DNA of 64,000 nt, from assembly GCA_965198225.1 (NCBI GenBank), contig CBDAOY010000004.1:437102-501101 (forward strand). Reading direction: 5' to 3'. A program made the translations under genes and the position numbers. Below are positions 38,893-48,601 of the stretch, piece after piece. Position 1 is the first letter of the stretch; each line of letters begins with the position of its first letter. The notes under the pieces were generated by a model. The model did no database searches. It was not told the origin of the DNA and saw nothing but the letters and a program-made list of their open reading frames with translations. The DNA is from Terriglobia bacterium (GTDB lineage: Bacteria > Acidobacteriota > Terriglobia > 20CM-2-55-15).

Positions 38893-39637
38893 CGGCCAGG
38901 CCGACTGTCCGTGTGCCTGGCGAGACGAGAGGCATCCAGGCGAGCCTGCGCGATCGTCGCTCCTGCCCCCGCGTGACTGTCCGTCCGACGATATAGCCGA
39001 TTGTCGCGCCGGCGACGACGTCGCTCAGGTGGTGTTTGCTCGCATCCATTCGCGTTGCGGCGACGAAACCTGCCGCGGCGTAACCTACCATGGCCCCGGC
39101 GGGCCCGTAGTGATGACCGAATACAGTGGCCGCCGTGAATGCCGTCGAAGTGTGGCCGGATGGAAAGGACAGATCGTTCTCGCCGTTGGGGCGGGTCCGC
39201 CCGATCGCATGTTTCAGGCCGAAAGTCATCAGGCCGTTCAACGCCTGCGCCTGAGCGAGGTCGTAGCTGAACCTGGCGAATCGGGCGTCGCCACTGAATT
39301 GGCTGATCGCCAGAAGGCCACCCACGGCGGTGAACACGATCGGCTGATGGCCCGCATGCTCCCCCACCTGCTCGAAACGTCCCAGCCGTTCCCCGCCGGC
39401 AAAAAAATTATCCACTGAATCGTCGGCCGTGTACGCCGCAGCCGTGAGGCTTGTGCCGATTAACAGCGGGTACAGGTTGTCGCGCGAGAAAAGGCCGATC
39501 GAGTTTTGGGCCAGATCTTTCGGAAAGTCCCGGAGTTGGGGACGGGCGGAAACGAATGCCTGCCCGGTCAGATCCGTGGTTCCGGTGAGGATCAGCAGGA
39601 ACGAGAGCAGCAAAGCTGGCAGAAAACCCTGGCGCAT
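38870..39637 (-). CDS. PAP2 family phosphatase
   Basis: KHAIGRTRP, SFPSGH, TRMDASKHHLSDV. Confidence 0.9.
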   Translation of the reverse strand: MRQGFLPALLLSFLLILTGTTDLTGQAFVSARPQLRDFPKDLAQNSIGLFSRDNLYPLLIGTSLTAAAYTADDSVDNFFAGGERLGRFEQVGEHAGHQPIVFTAVGGLLAISQFSGDARFARFSYDLAQAQALNGLMTFGLKHAIGRTRPNGENDLSFPSGHTSTAFTAATVFGHHYGPAGAMVGYAAAGFVAATRMDASKHHLSDVVAGATIGYIVGRTVTRGQERRSRRLAWMPLVSPGTRTVGLAVSWRPGN

Positions 39638-39723
39638 CGCGTTTGGTTGGGAGACCTCTCAGGCGCCACCGTATCACCGCGACCGCGGGATTCACACAAA
39701 AACCAGCAATCCATCCGCCTGTT

Positions 39724-41016
39724 TCAACGAACCTCGAGTTCGCCGGATCCGCGGCCGATTCCCTTCTTGAGGAAGAGGTAGAGTGCGAACGACACGAGGA
39801 TCGCGTCGCAGGAAGGGATGGCGGTCATCGTGAAGGCTTCGTTGGCAGTTGCCTGGGCGACGGCCGAAGCGCCAAGCCACGCGATGAACGCCGGGTACGC
39901 GATTGGCGGTTCGCGTTGGAGAGTCGCGGTGTCGTATTTCTGCGCGCGCACGAAGAAGAAGTCGGCGACATAGATGCCGGCGATCGGCGGGATTGCGATT
40001 CCCAGAAAGAGCAGGAACGAGACAAAGTGTTCCAGAATCCCGATTCCCGCGAATACGGTCCCGATCACACCGGCGCCGATGGTCAGTTTCCATCGATCGA
40101 TTCTCGTGAAGACGGTCGCCAAAAGGAGGGACGTGGAGTAGAGGTTCGTGATGTTCGTCGTCCACGTTGCGAAAATGAGGACGAGCATGGCCGACACGCC
40201 CATCCCGAGGCCCATCATGATCAGCATGAAATCGCTCTCACCCGTCGCCAGGGCTGGAATAGCTGAAGTGATCAGAACCAGCGGATATCCGACGGCGAAG
40301 CTGAGTAAGGCCGCGACGATCCCGTGCCGGCTGTCGCGGGCGTAGCGGCACAGGTCGGGCAAGAGCGTGAGGCCGACCATGAACGCGCCTACGACGGCCG
40401 AGATTGCGATGCCCATCGTCATCCCGGTGCCCTCAATGGAGAGGAAATCGTCCAGGTCCGTGCCGCGTGCCGCGTAGAAGACGATCGCTATCAGAGCAAC
40501 CAGCAGAACCGGAACCGAAACCACGGCCAACCGGTCCAGGGCTTTGAAGCCGTAGACCGTCGTTGCGATCACCAGGACGCTGCCGAATGCGACAGGAACC
40601 TGTAGTCCGTGGTCGATGGTGAACAGGTCGCGCACCGAGCTCTGCACGGCCTGTCCGAAAAGGAAACCGTTCACGCCAAACCACCCCAACAGTGTGATGC
40701 CGATGACCAGGCTGACCGCCTTGGCGCCCGTCCGTCCGAATGGGAACTGGATGATGACGTAGGTTGAGAGACGGGAGCGCGCGCCGACTACCGCGATCAA
40801 GGACCCGAAGCCGGCCAGGATCAACCCTCCGGCTCCGATTGCGACGGCTCCGCGGACGAGTCCCATGGCCTGGCTGATCTGTGCGCTGGTCAGGAACGCC
40901 GGCAGGGTGATCATGATGCCGACGACGATCAGCGCGATCCGCAAACCCGTGACGGTTCTCTCCTCGGGAACCTGTTGTCTTGAGAAGTCTTCCAGGGAGT
41001 TGTCAGCCATTCTCAT
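39724..41016 (-). CDS. Cytosine/purine (NCS1, CodB-like) permease
   Basis: About 12 TM segments; GWFGVN, PDLCRYAR, WTTNITNLY, PPIAGIYVADFF. Confidence 0.87.
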   Translation of the reverse strand: MRMADNSLEDFSRQQVPEERTVTGLRIALIVVGIMITLPAFLTSAQISQAMGLVRGAVAIGAGGLILAGFGSLIAVVGARSRLSTYVIIQFPFGRTGAKAVSLVIGITLLGWFGVNGFLFGQAVQSSVRDLFTIDHGLQVPVAFGSVLVIATTVYGFKALDRLAVVSVPVLLVALIAIVFYAARGTDLDDFLSIEGTGMTMGIAISAVVGAFMVGLTLLPDLCRYARDSRHGIVAALLSFAVGYPLVLITSAIPALATGESDFMLIMMGLGMGVSAMLVLIFATWTTNITNLYSTSLLLATVFTRIDRWKLTIGAGVIGTVFAGIGILEHFVSFLLFLGIAIPPIAGIYVADFFFVRAQKYDTATLQREPPIAYPAFIAWLGASAVAQATANEAFTMTAIPSCDAILVSFALYLFLKKGIGRGSGELEVR

Positions 41017-41120
41017 GTAATAACCGAAATCGAAGATCAGGGACAGAGGAGTCTGCCCGAATCGTGCAGTATAATCGGCGCTCTCCGGCGGGAACGATTC
41101 TTATACCTGGAAGGCAAAAG

Positions 41121-42239
41121 GTGGCATCGAGGGTTCGAGTAGCGGTACTGGGGGCGGGGAATTGGGCCAGGTTCGCCCACCTTCCGGGCTACAAGCGCGA
41201 CTCCAGATGCGAAGTCGTTGCCATATGTGATCCCCAGTTGGATCTCGCCCGGGATCTCGCCCAACGATTCGAGATTCCAGACGTCACCCCCGACTACCAC
41301 GAACTCCTCGGCCGCGACGACGTCGATCTCGTCGACGTCTGTACGCCGAGCGAGACCCACTTCGAGCTGTCCTGGGCGGCGCTCGGGGCCGGGAAGCACG
41401 TCCTGTGCGAGAAGCCGGTCGCCTTTGACTTCAGAGACACGCTGCGCGCGCGTGATCTCGCCCGATCCTCGGGTCTCCAGACCAAGCTGGGGTTTACTTT
41501 CCGATACAGTCCCGCCATGCAGTATATGAAGGAACTGATCGACCAGGGATGGGTCGGTGAACCCTATATCTTCAACGGCTACGAGCAGAACTCGCAGTGG
41601 ATCAACCCGGAAACGCCCCTGCGTCAGATACCCGATCCGGATGGCGATCAGTCCGTTTTGCAGGTCTCCTCACTCGAAGGTTACGGCGCCCCGATCATCG
41701 ACCTGGGTCACTGGTTCATGGATTCCGACTTGAAGAGCGTCGTCGGTACGATGCGCAACTTTGTCCCCGAACGGATCGTTCGCGGCCGCGAAGGGTTGAT
41801 GCGCATCAACATCGATGACGGCGACGTGTTCATCGGTGAGTTCGCAAACGGGGCGATCGGGTCGGTCCAGTCCAGCTACGTGACCGTCGGGAACTATCCG
41901 GGCCTGGAAGCGCGGGTTTACGGAAGCCAAGGGGCCTTGATCTGCCGGCTCGTCGAAGAATTCGGTGTCTGCGAGACGCTGAAGGGGGCGAAACCGGACG
42001 CGGTCGAGTTCACCGACGTCGAAGTTCCCCAACGCCTCTACCCTCCCGGCGGAAGTTCGGGCGAATCGTGGCGGACGCTGTTCTACGCCAACCTGATTTC
42101 GAACTTCATCTCCGAGATCCTAGATGACATCCCGACCCAGGGCGACTTCAACGACGGCGCGTGGGTCCAGGAAGTTATCAACGCAGTCGAACTATCGTTC
42201 CGGGAGCGTCGCTGGGTCGACTTGCCCCTGGATCGCTGA
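41121..42239 (+). CDS. Gfo/Idh/MocA oxidoreductase
   Basis: VAVLGAG, HVLCEKP, GFTFRY; GTG start inferred. Confidence 0.9.
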   Translation: MASRVRVAVLGAGNWARFAHLPGYKRDSRCEVVAICDPQLDLARDLAQRFEIPDVTPDYHELLGRDDVDLVDVCTPSETHFELSWAALGAGKHVLCEKPVAFDFRDTLRARDLARSSGLQTKLGFTFRYSPAMQYMKELIDQGWVGEPYIFNGYEQNSQWINPETPLRQIPDPDGDQSVLQVSSLEGYGAPIIDLGHWFMDSDLKSVVGTMRNFVPERIVRGREGLMRINIDDGDVFIGEFANGAIGSVQSSYVTVGNYPGLEARVYGSQGALICRLVEEFGVCETLKGAKPDAVEFTDVEVPQRLYPPGGSSGESWRTLFYANLISNFISEILDDIPTQGDFNDGAWVQEVINAVELSFRERRWVDLPLDR

Positions 42240-42247
42240 CGCCCGCC

Positions 42248-43689
42248 ATGACGCAGCCCCTCGACGATTTTTTCGATGCCTACTATCGCCGTTGGCCCGT
42301 CAACGCCTCGTTCATCGGTATCCATGACTACGATGATCGCCTGCCGGACTACAGTGACGCCGGAACCGCGGACGCGCTCGGAGAGCTGGAGTCGTTACGC
42401 GGCCGGATGTCTGGGGCGTCCATTGACGAGGCACTCGCTCGAAACTTCCTGGAAATCCAGATTGCCGAGTACCGGGGCGATCACTTCCATCGTGGCAACC
42501 CCGCGTTCTACTCGGGGGAGGCCATCTTCGGCGTCCTGAAGTCGAAAGCGCGAATTGCCGCGGTCCGCGGTTTTCTCGACACGGGCAGACGGAATGTGCG
42601 CGAAGCGCCGGTGGCTTGGACGCTGCGGGCGATTCGGGAGTGCGATGGAGCCATTTCGATTCTCGAGAAGATGCCCGCTGCCGGCGACGCCGTGAGTGCC
42701 TTCGGCGACTACCGGGAGCATCTCGAGACGGAGTTGCTGCACCGACCAGTGGAGGGATACGCCTGTGGCCGGGAGTTCTTCGACCTCCTGCTTGCGAAGG
42801 GCCACATGTTCGATCAGACCGGCGACGAGATCCTGAGATTCTCCCAGGAGGAAGTCCAACGACATGCTTCAGCCAAACCGGTGCCCGACGGCGCCGCGAT
42901 CGACCTCGACGCCTATGCTTCGTGCTGGGAAGAATGCCGTGACACAGTGGCCCGGGAACAACTCCTTACCTGGCCGGATCACCCGATCGTGTTCGTCCCG
43001 TTTCCGGAATTGGTTCAGGATGCGGTCCCCAACCTCTATTACCTGAACTATCGCTCACCGGCGCCCTTTGAACCGGATCCCATACACCGGTGCGAGGTCG
43101 ACCCCGGGGGGCCGATGACGATGAAACTGAATCACGTCGTCCATCACGGCGGTCCGGGCCACCACGTCCAGAATTACTACGCGCGGAAGGCGGACTCACG
43201 GATAGGCCAGGTGGCCGCGACCGACTGTGCCATGCGGATCGCCTTGTTTTCAGGTGGGACGATGGCCGAGGGCTGGGCCTGTTACGCCACCGACCTGATG
43301 GAAGAGTTCGGCTTCCTGAGTGCGGAAGAACGAATGGTCGAACAGCACACGAGACCGCGATTGGCGGCGCGAGCCGTCGTCGACATCCAGCTGCATTACG
43401 GGATGATGTCGTTCCCTGAGGCCGTCGAGTTCTACCGCACGTGTGTCGGAATGGCCGAAGCCGGCGCTACGCGCGAGGCCACTCGGAACTCGATGTTTCC
43501 CGGCACGGCGGTCATGTACCTGATGGGCACGTCGATGATCCACGACTTGACCTGTCGGGCACGTCGATGATCCACGACTTGAGGCGCAAGTCGGAGCATC
43601 GCATGTCGCTGATGGAATTCCACGACACCTTCCTCAGCTATGGTTCGATCCCCGTGGGGTTGATCTCGAAGCTCATGCTTGGTGGGTAG
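42248..43689 (+). pseudogene. DUF885 family protein, frameshifted by a 32-bp tandem duplication
   Basis: GIHDYDDRLPD, HHGGPGHHVQ, AEGWACY, YLMG. The duplication at 43518-43581 moves the FHDTFLSYGSIP tail out of frame. Confidence 0.8.
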
Positions 43690-43734
43690 CTTACCTAACA
43701 GCCAAGACCAACAGCCGCCCACGGACAGAATCCA

Positions 43735-43828
43735 GCCACGGATTGCACGGATTTAGCGGATTAGGAGTGGTCTTGCTGAGGGCAGACCACAGGCTTCTCC
43801 TCTCCGTGTAATCCGTGAAATCCGTGGC
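43735..43828. repeat. Inverted CACGGATT/AATCCGTG repeats between convergent genes
   Basis: GCCACGGATTGCACGGATT ... AATCCGTGAAATCCGTGGC. Confidence 0.7.
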
Positions 43829-43893
43829 CTTCTTCTCTACCGGTTAGCGCTACTTCTGACCCAGGAGACAGGCAGCCGACATGATCCCCGTCG

Positions 43894-44709
43894 TCATATT
43901 TGTCCGGTTTCCGTCCGTCCGAAGACTTCGGCCAGGCCGTCACCGGTGAAATTCACCGACAACACCGTGATCAGGATCAACGTCCCTGGCGCGATTGCCA
44001 GCCACGGTTGGGTCGTCATCGCGGACTGTGCGCCGTAGAGCATGTTGCCCCAGCTGGCGTCGGGCGGCTGGACGCCTACGCCGAAGAAACTCATTGCGGA
44101 TTCGATGATGATGGCGCGACCGACGCCGAGAGTCGCTACGACCGATATCTGGCTGAGTGCGTTCGGCAGCAGGTGTCGGACGATGATTCGTGCCGGCCCG
44201 GCGCCGGCGGCCCGTGCCGCCTCGACGAAGTTGGATTCCCGGAGCGACAGAAAGCGCGAGCGGACGACCCGGGTGGTTTCCATCCAACCCAGCAAGCCGA
44301 TGATCGCGATGACGGAAAGAATCGTTGGCTGAAAGATCACGCCCAGGGCCAGGACCAGCGGCAGGACGGGAATCATCAGGAAAACGTCCGTGATCCGCAT
44401 GAGGGCGGTATCGACCCAACCGCCGGCGTACCCGGCCGTGCCGCCGACGGTGATCCCGACGACCGACGCGACGAGAGCGCTCAGGATTCCGATCGTCAGG
44501 GAAACGCGGGCGCCCGCGAGCAAACGCGTCAGCAGGTCACGGCCGAGGTCGTCGGTGCCGAGCCAGTGGTCCGCCGACGGCACCTGGCGTATGGTCGTCA
44601 GGTCGATTACGTCCGCCGCGTAGGGACTCAGCCACGGACCGAGGATCGCCAGGGCGACGAGGACGACGACGGCGATCCCGCCTATCCGGACACGTACCGG
44701 CAGCTTCAT
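43894..44709 (-). CDS. Peptide/nickel ABC permease (DppC/OppC-like)
   Basis: HWLGTDDLGRD, EAARAAGA, HLLPN. Confidence 0.92.
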   Translation of the reverse strand: MKLPVRVRIGGIAVVVLVALAILGPWLSPYAADVIDLTTIRQVPSADHWLGTDDLGRDLLTRLLAGARVSLTIGILSALVASVVGITVGGTAGYAGGWVDTALMRITDVFLMIPVLPLVLALGVIFQPTILSVIAIIGLLGWMETTRVVRSRFLSLRESNFVEAARAAGAGPARIIVRHLLPNALSQISVVATLGVGRAIIIESAMSFFGVGVQPPDASWGNMLYGAQSAMTTQPWLAIAPGTLILITVLSVNFTGDGLAEVFGRTETGQI

Positions 44710-45665
44710 TCGGCCGCTCCGAAATGCACGCGGGGGTCGATCCAGGCGTAGAGGACATCGGCCAGGAGGTTGAATAGGATCACGGCTGAAGCGCCGATCA
44801 TCAGGACTCCCATGATCACGGTGTAATCGCGGCGCGAGACCGAGTCGACGAAGAGGCTGCCGACGCCCGGCCATGCAAAAATGCTCTCGGTGATGACGGC
44901 GCCCGATACGAGGAACGCCATGTCGAGGGCGACGACGGTTACTACCGGGAGCAGCGCGTTGCGGAGTGCGTGCTTGATGATGATGTCCCGAGGCCGAACC
45001 CCCTTTGCGCGGGCCGTCCGCATGTAGGGTTGGCTGAGAGAATCCATCATCGAAGAGCGCAGGTACCGGGACCAGACGGCGATGTGGACGAACGCGATGA
45101 CCGTCGCCGGCAGGATCAGGTGCAGGAGGTGGTCGGTGACTCCTCCTCCCGCCGCGCTCAGCCTTCCGGAGATCGGGAGCCAGCCGAGCTTCAAACCGAA
45201 ACCGAGCTGCAGCATCAGACCCATCCAATAGATCGGCATTGATATCCCGACAAAGGCGAGCAGGGTCGCCGCATGGTCGATCCATTTGCGCTTGCTCACT
45301 GCCGTGCCGACACCCAGCGGAAGAGCGACGAGAGCTGAGATCAGGAACCCGGCGCCCATCAGCTCGATCGTGGCGGGCATGCGCTCCAGAATTCGGGTGA
45401 GGACCGGCCGGCCGTCCGCATAGCTGAAGCCCCAGTCTCCGGAAAGGAAGTTCCCGAGCCACAGGATGTATTGTTCATAGACCGGTCTGTCGAGTCCGAG
45501 CGCCCGTTCAAGGCGCGCGATGTCTTCGGGACGAACCTGGGGGTTGGACAGGTAGACGGTCAGCGGACCGCCGGGAACGGCGTGTATCAGGATGAAAACG
45601 CCGACCGATACGAGGAGGAGGAGAGGGATCGCCTGGAGGAGGCGACGAAGGATCAGTTTCGGCAC
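44706..45665 (-). CDS. Peptide/nickel ABC permease (DppB/OppB-like)
   Basis: LGLDRP, TARAKG, HALRNALLP, ESIFAWPGVG, DPRV. Confidence 0.93.
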   Translation of the reverse strand: MPKLILRRLLQAIPLLLLVSVGVFILIHAVPGGPLTVYLSNPQVRPEDIARLERALGLDRPVYEQYILWLGNFLSGDWGFSYADGRPVLTRILERMPATIELMGAGFLISALVALPLGVGTAVSKRKWIDHAATLLAFVGISMPIYWMGLMLQLGFGLKLGWLPISGRLSAAGGGVTDHLLHLILPATVIAFVHIAVWSRYLRSSMMDSLSQPYMRTARAKGVRPRDIIIKHALRNALLPVVTVVALDMAFLVSGAVITESIFAWPGVGSLFVDSVSRRDYTVIMGVLMIGASAVILFNLLADVLYAWIDPRVHFGAAE

Positions 45666-45738
45666 TTAGAGTCGCAGGTGTCGGCGCGCCCGATGAGGGC
45701 GCCGGGTTTCGGCCATACGGGTGGTTGCGCGCTCCGAC

Positions 45739-45868
45739 CTAGCAGCCTGTCGGACTAACACCAAATCGAAAACCTAAGTCATTCATATGACGGTGTTTAC
45801 AGTTTCGAGCTGAAAAGGGCCGTCGTTGAAAACAAAGGACTTACGCCGAAAGTCCGACAGGCTGCTAG
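45739..45868. mobile_element. 130-bp MITE with CTAG ends inside the ABC operon
   Basis: Perfect 18-bp IR CTAGCAGCCTGTCGGACT / AGTCCGACAGGCTGCTAG. Confidence 0.8.
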
Positions 45869-47439
45869 GGCTGCGAATCCAGGGTCCATTCATGCACGTT
45901 CCAATAGATTCCGGCGTTGGTGGGATTTCCCCGGAAGTTCCGGAGGTTGGCCGGGACCGCGTTCACGAACGTCCGGTTGTACAGGAAGACTTCGGGAAGA
46001 TCCTCGGCCAGGATCTCCTGAGCCTGGAACAGGAGATCCCGCCGTCTCTCACGGTCGATCGTCTTGTCGGATTCATAGAGGATGGGATCGAGCTCGGGGT
46101 TGGTGTAGAAGTTCACGTTGCGCCCGCGCGGCGGCGACCGATCGCTGGCGAAGAAGAGGGTGATCTCCGGATCGGGCGGCATCGTCCAGCTAGACAGGAA
46201 CGTGTCGAACTCGCCTCCGAACCAGAGCGAGCCGATCGTGGCGGAATCAAACAACTGAATGCCGACGTCGATGCCGACTTCCCGCATCTGCGCCTGAATA
46301 GCCTGGGCCACCCGTTCGCGAACGACGTTACCCGACAGCGTCATGAGGTTGAAAGACAGCTTGTTCTCGTAACCCGCCTCGAGCAGCAACTCCCGGGCGC
46401 GTTCCGGGTCGTAGTCCGGTCCTTTCGCGTCGGGATTGTGGGCCCATGACACAGGCTGGATAGCGGAATCGACGACGGGCGTGAGGCCGTGGAGAATCGT
46501 CGCGACGATCGTTTCGCGGTCGATGGCGTGGCCGAGCGCCCGGCGCACCCGCACGTCCTTGAAGGCCTCGACTTTGCTTTCGTTCAGCATGAGGTGCTCG
46601 TAGGAGTTTGCCGGCGTCCGAGCCAGCCGGATTCCCGCGATCGCTTCCACCTCGGGGACCTTGTCCCATGGCAGCGGCCCAACGAGGTTGACTTCGCCGG
46701 CTGCCAACGACTGAATCCGGGTGTTTTCGTTTGCCAGGAACCGGAACATGATTTGTTTGATACGGGGGTATTCCGCGCCTCTCCAGTAGTCGGCGACGCT
46801 TTCCAGCAGGATGTACTCCCCGGTGCGCCACTCCTTGATCCGATACGGTCCCGTTCCGAGCGGATCCCGGTTGTAGTCGACGGCCGTCTCGATGTCGCGG
46901 TCTTCGAGGAGATGCTGGGGAAGCAGCCCCCGGAAGAACTGGTTCTCGTACGCCGCGTAGATCTCCTTGTAGTGGATGACGGCCGTGAGCTCGTCGACGA
47001 TCTCGACCGAATCGATCCGGTCGAACCCGTCCGTGCTCTCCGGGTTCCAGTCGGGTGAGAGGATCGCATCCACGGTGAACTTGATGTCGGCGGAGGTGAG
47101 AGCCGCTCCGTCGTGCCAGGTGATGTCGGGACGCAGCTTCCACGTGACGTCCATGCCGTCGTCGCGAAGCTGGACCATACCGTTCTCGAGCGTGGGAACG
47201 ACCTCCGCCAGCAGCGGCACGGTTTCCATGTTTTCGTCCGGAACCGTCAGGCCTTCGATGATGCAGGAATGGATGTCTTCCAGGATGTGCGTGCTGAACC
47301 GGTTCATCGTGTCCGGTTCGCGGTCGTACCCGATGATCAGCAGATCGTTCGTCGGCCCTGCCGGCGCGTCCCGATCCGCCGTCGGCGCGCAGGAAACCGC
47401 AAAGACAACCAGAAAAAGCGAAAAGGGGAGTCTCCTCAT
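45865..47439 (-). CDS. Family 5 ABC substrate-binding lipoprotein (DppA/AppA-like)
   Basis: Lipobox AVSC, WHDGAALTSADIKFT, GTGPY, VRRALGHAIDR. Confidence 0.93.
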   Translation of the reverse strand: MRRLPFSLFLVVFAVSCAPTADRDAPAGPTNDLLIIGYDREPDTMNRFSTHILEDIHSCIIEGLTVPDENMETVPLLAEVVPTLENGMVQLRDDGMDVTWKLRPDITWHDGAALTSADIKFTVDAILSPDWNPESTDGFDRIDSVEIVDELTAVIHYKEIYAAYENQFFRGLLPQHLLEDRDIETAVDYNRDPLGTGPYRIKEWRTGEYILLESVADYWRGAEYPRIKQIMFRFLANENTRIQSLAAGEVNLVGPLPWDKVPEVEAIAGIRLARTPANSYEHLMLNESKVEAFKDVRVRRALGHAIDRETIVATILHGLTPVVDSAIQPVSWAHNPDAKGPDYDPERARELLLEAGYENKLSFNLMTLSGNVVRERVAQAIQAQMREVGIDVGIQLFDSATIGSLWFGGEFDTFLSSWTMPPDPEITLFFASDRSPPRGRNVNFYTNPELDPILYESDKTIDRERRRDLLFQAQEILAEDLPEVFLYNRTFVNAVPANLRNFRGNPTNAGIYWNVHEWTLDSQP

Positions 47440-47590
47440 CCGGCAAATTATAAATGGTCGCAGAGCCCCGTGTCCCCCTTTTCATTTTTCAGTTATTCCA
47501 GTTCCAAAGGCCGTGTGGACTTTGCGACTTGAGCGGCACCGGAACTGGAATAACTGTAGGAGGAAATAGGGAAATGGGGGCTCTGCCCCC

Positions 47591-48574
47591 CTATATCAAC
47601 GTTTCGATGGGTTGGAATGGTTCGTCCAGACCGAAACATTGGGGGCCCCAGACTGCCAAAGCTTCCGGGGTGCGCAGTGCCGGGGGGGCGCTCATGCCGA
47701 TCACCTTGACTCGCTGGCCGTACTTGAGGGCCTCGATCGTGATGGGTTCGGCGGTGTCACGGTCGACGATAGAGATCAGATCCGGGACGATCGCACGGAC
47801 CCTGCCGTCCTGCCGCGCGATGAGGTTTTCGTTCTGGAACGTGATGTCCATCCGGGAGCCGGACCCGTCGAGTGCCGCCAGATGGCATCGTCCGACCGAA
47901 AAACCCCTGCGGGCCTCCCGTTCCAGGTCGGTGATCTTGCCGTCGAAAAGCACGGCGCAATGCTTGTAGTATTCGGTACTTCGCAACGAAGCCAGCAGTT
48001 CGTCGATCGGGTTGCCGTTCTGGCGGCCCAGGACGATCGCGCGACCGATCTCCAGCGCCAGGCTCATCGTCCCTCTCACGGCTGTTCGGCGGGCGTCGGC
48101 TCCGCTCATCGGGTAGCACGACAGGTTGACGACCAGACCCATACGTATCGTGATCGCTCTGGCGATATCCTCCGCAGAATTGGCGTCCCGGGCCTCGATG
48201 ATCGTCGACTCCATGTGTTCGTTCGTGATAACGAAGGGGGAGATCGGCACGCCGTAGACGTTGAACGTGACCATCTGAAGCTCCGGAAAAGCGCGGCCCA
48301 TGCCGTCCGCGTCGATGAGTGGGAGGCCCCTTCGCGCGGCGTCCTCTCCGGCAGCCAGTTTCTCGATCATGGCCGTCGGTGCGCCCATCATGCCGATCGT
48401 GTAGACGTTGGCCTGCGGATCGAGTTCCTCCAGGCCGATCAATCGCGGGCTTCCGAACTCCCTCAAGGTCTGTTCGCAGAGAAGCCGCCCGATGTGCGGG
48501 TCCCCACCACCGCCCGTGCCGAGGAAAGCCGCTCCACGACCGATGCTCGGCATGTCCTCGATGTGTATTTCCAT
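47591..48574 (-). CDS. DUF917 family protein, apparently with an internal in-frame deletion
   Basis: LGTGGGGDP, MMGAPT, DADGMGRAFPELQM, FQNENL, VPDLI. The segment normally carrying ExGGxN is absent. Confidence 0.82.
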   Translation of the reverse strand: MEIHIEDMPSIGRGAAFLGTGGGGDPHIGRLLCEQTLREFGSPRLIGLEELDPQANVYTIGMMGAPTAMIEKLAAGEDAARRGLPLIDADGMGRAFPELQMVTFNVYGVPISPFVITNEHMESTIIEARDANSAEDIARAITIRMGLVVNLSCYPMSGADARRTAVRGTMSLALEIGRAIVLGRQNGNPIDELLASLRSTEYYKHCAVLFDGKITDLEREARRGFSVGRCHLAALDGSGSRMDITFQNENLIARQDGRVRAIVPDLISIVDRDTAEPITIEALKYGQRVKVIGMSAPPALRTPEALAVWGPQCFGLDEPFQPIETLI

Positions 48575-48601
48575 GACGGGTTCTCAAGCAGACACGGGCT
48601 G

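Noticed and set aside
45776-45846. TAAGTC..GACTTA motifs as dif/Xer sites (similar at ~1110 and ~56970)
   Set aside because: Poor match to the XerC/XerD consensus and no recombinase in the window; too weak to call.
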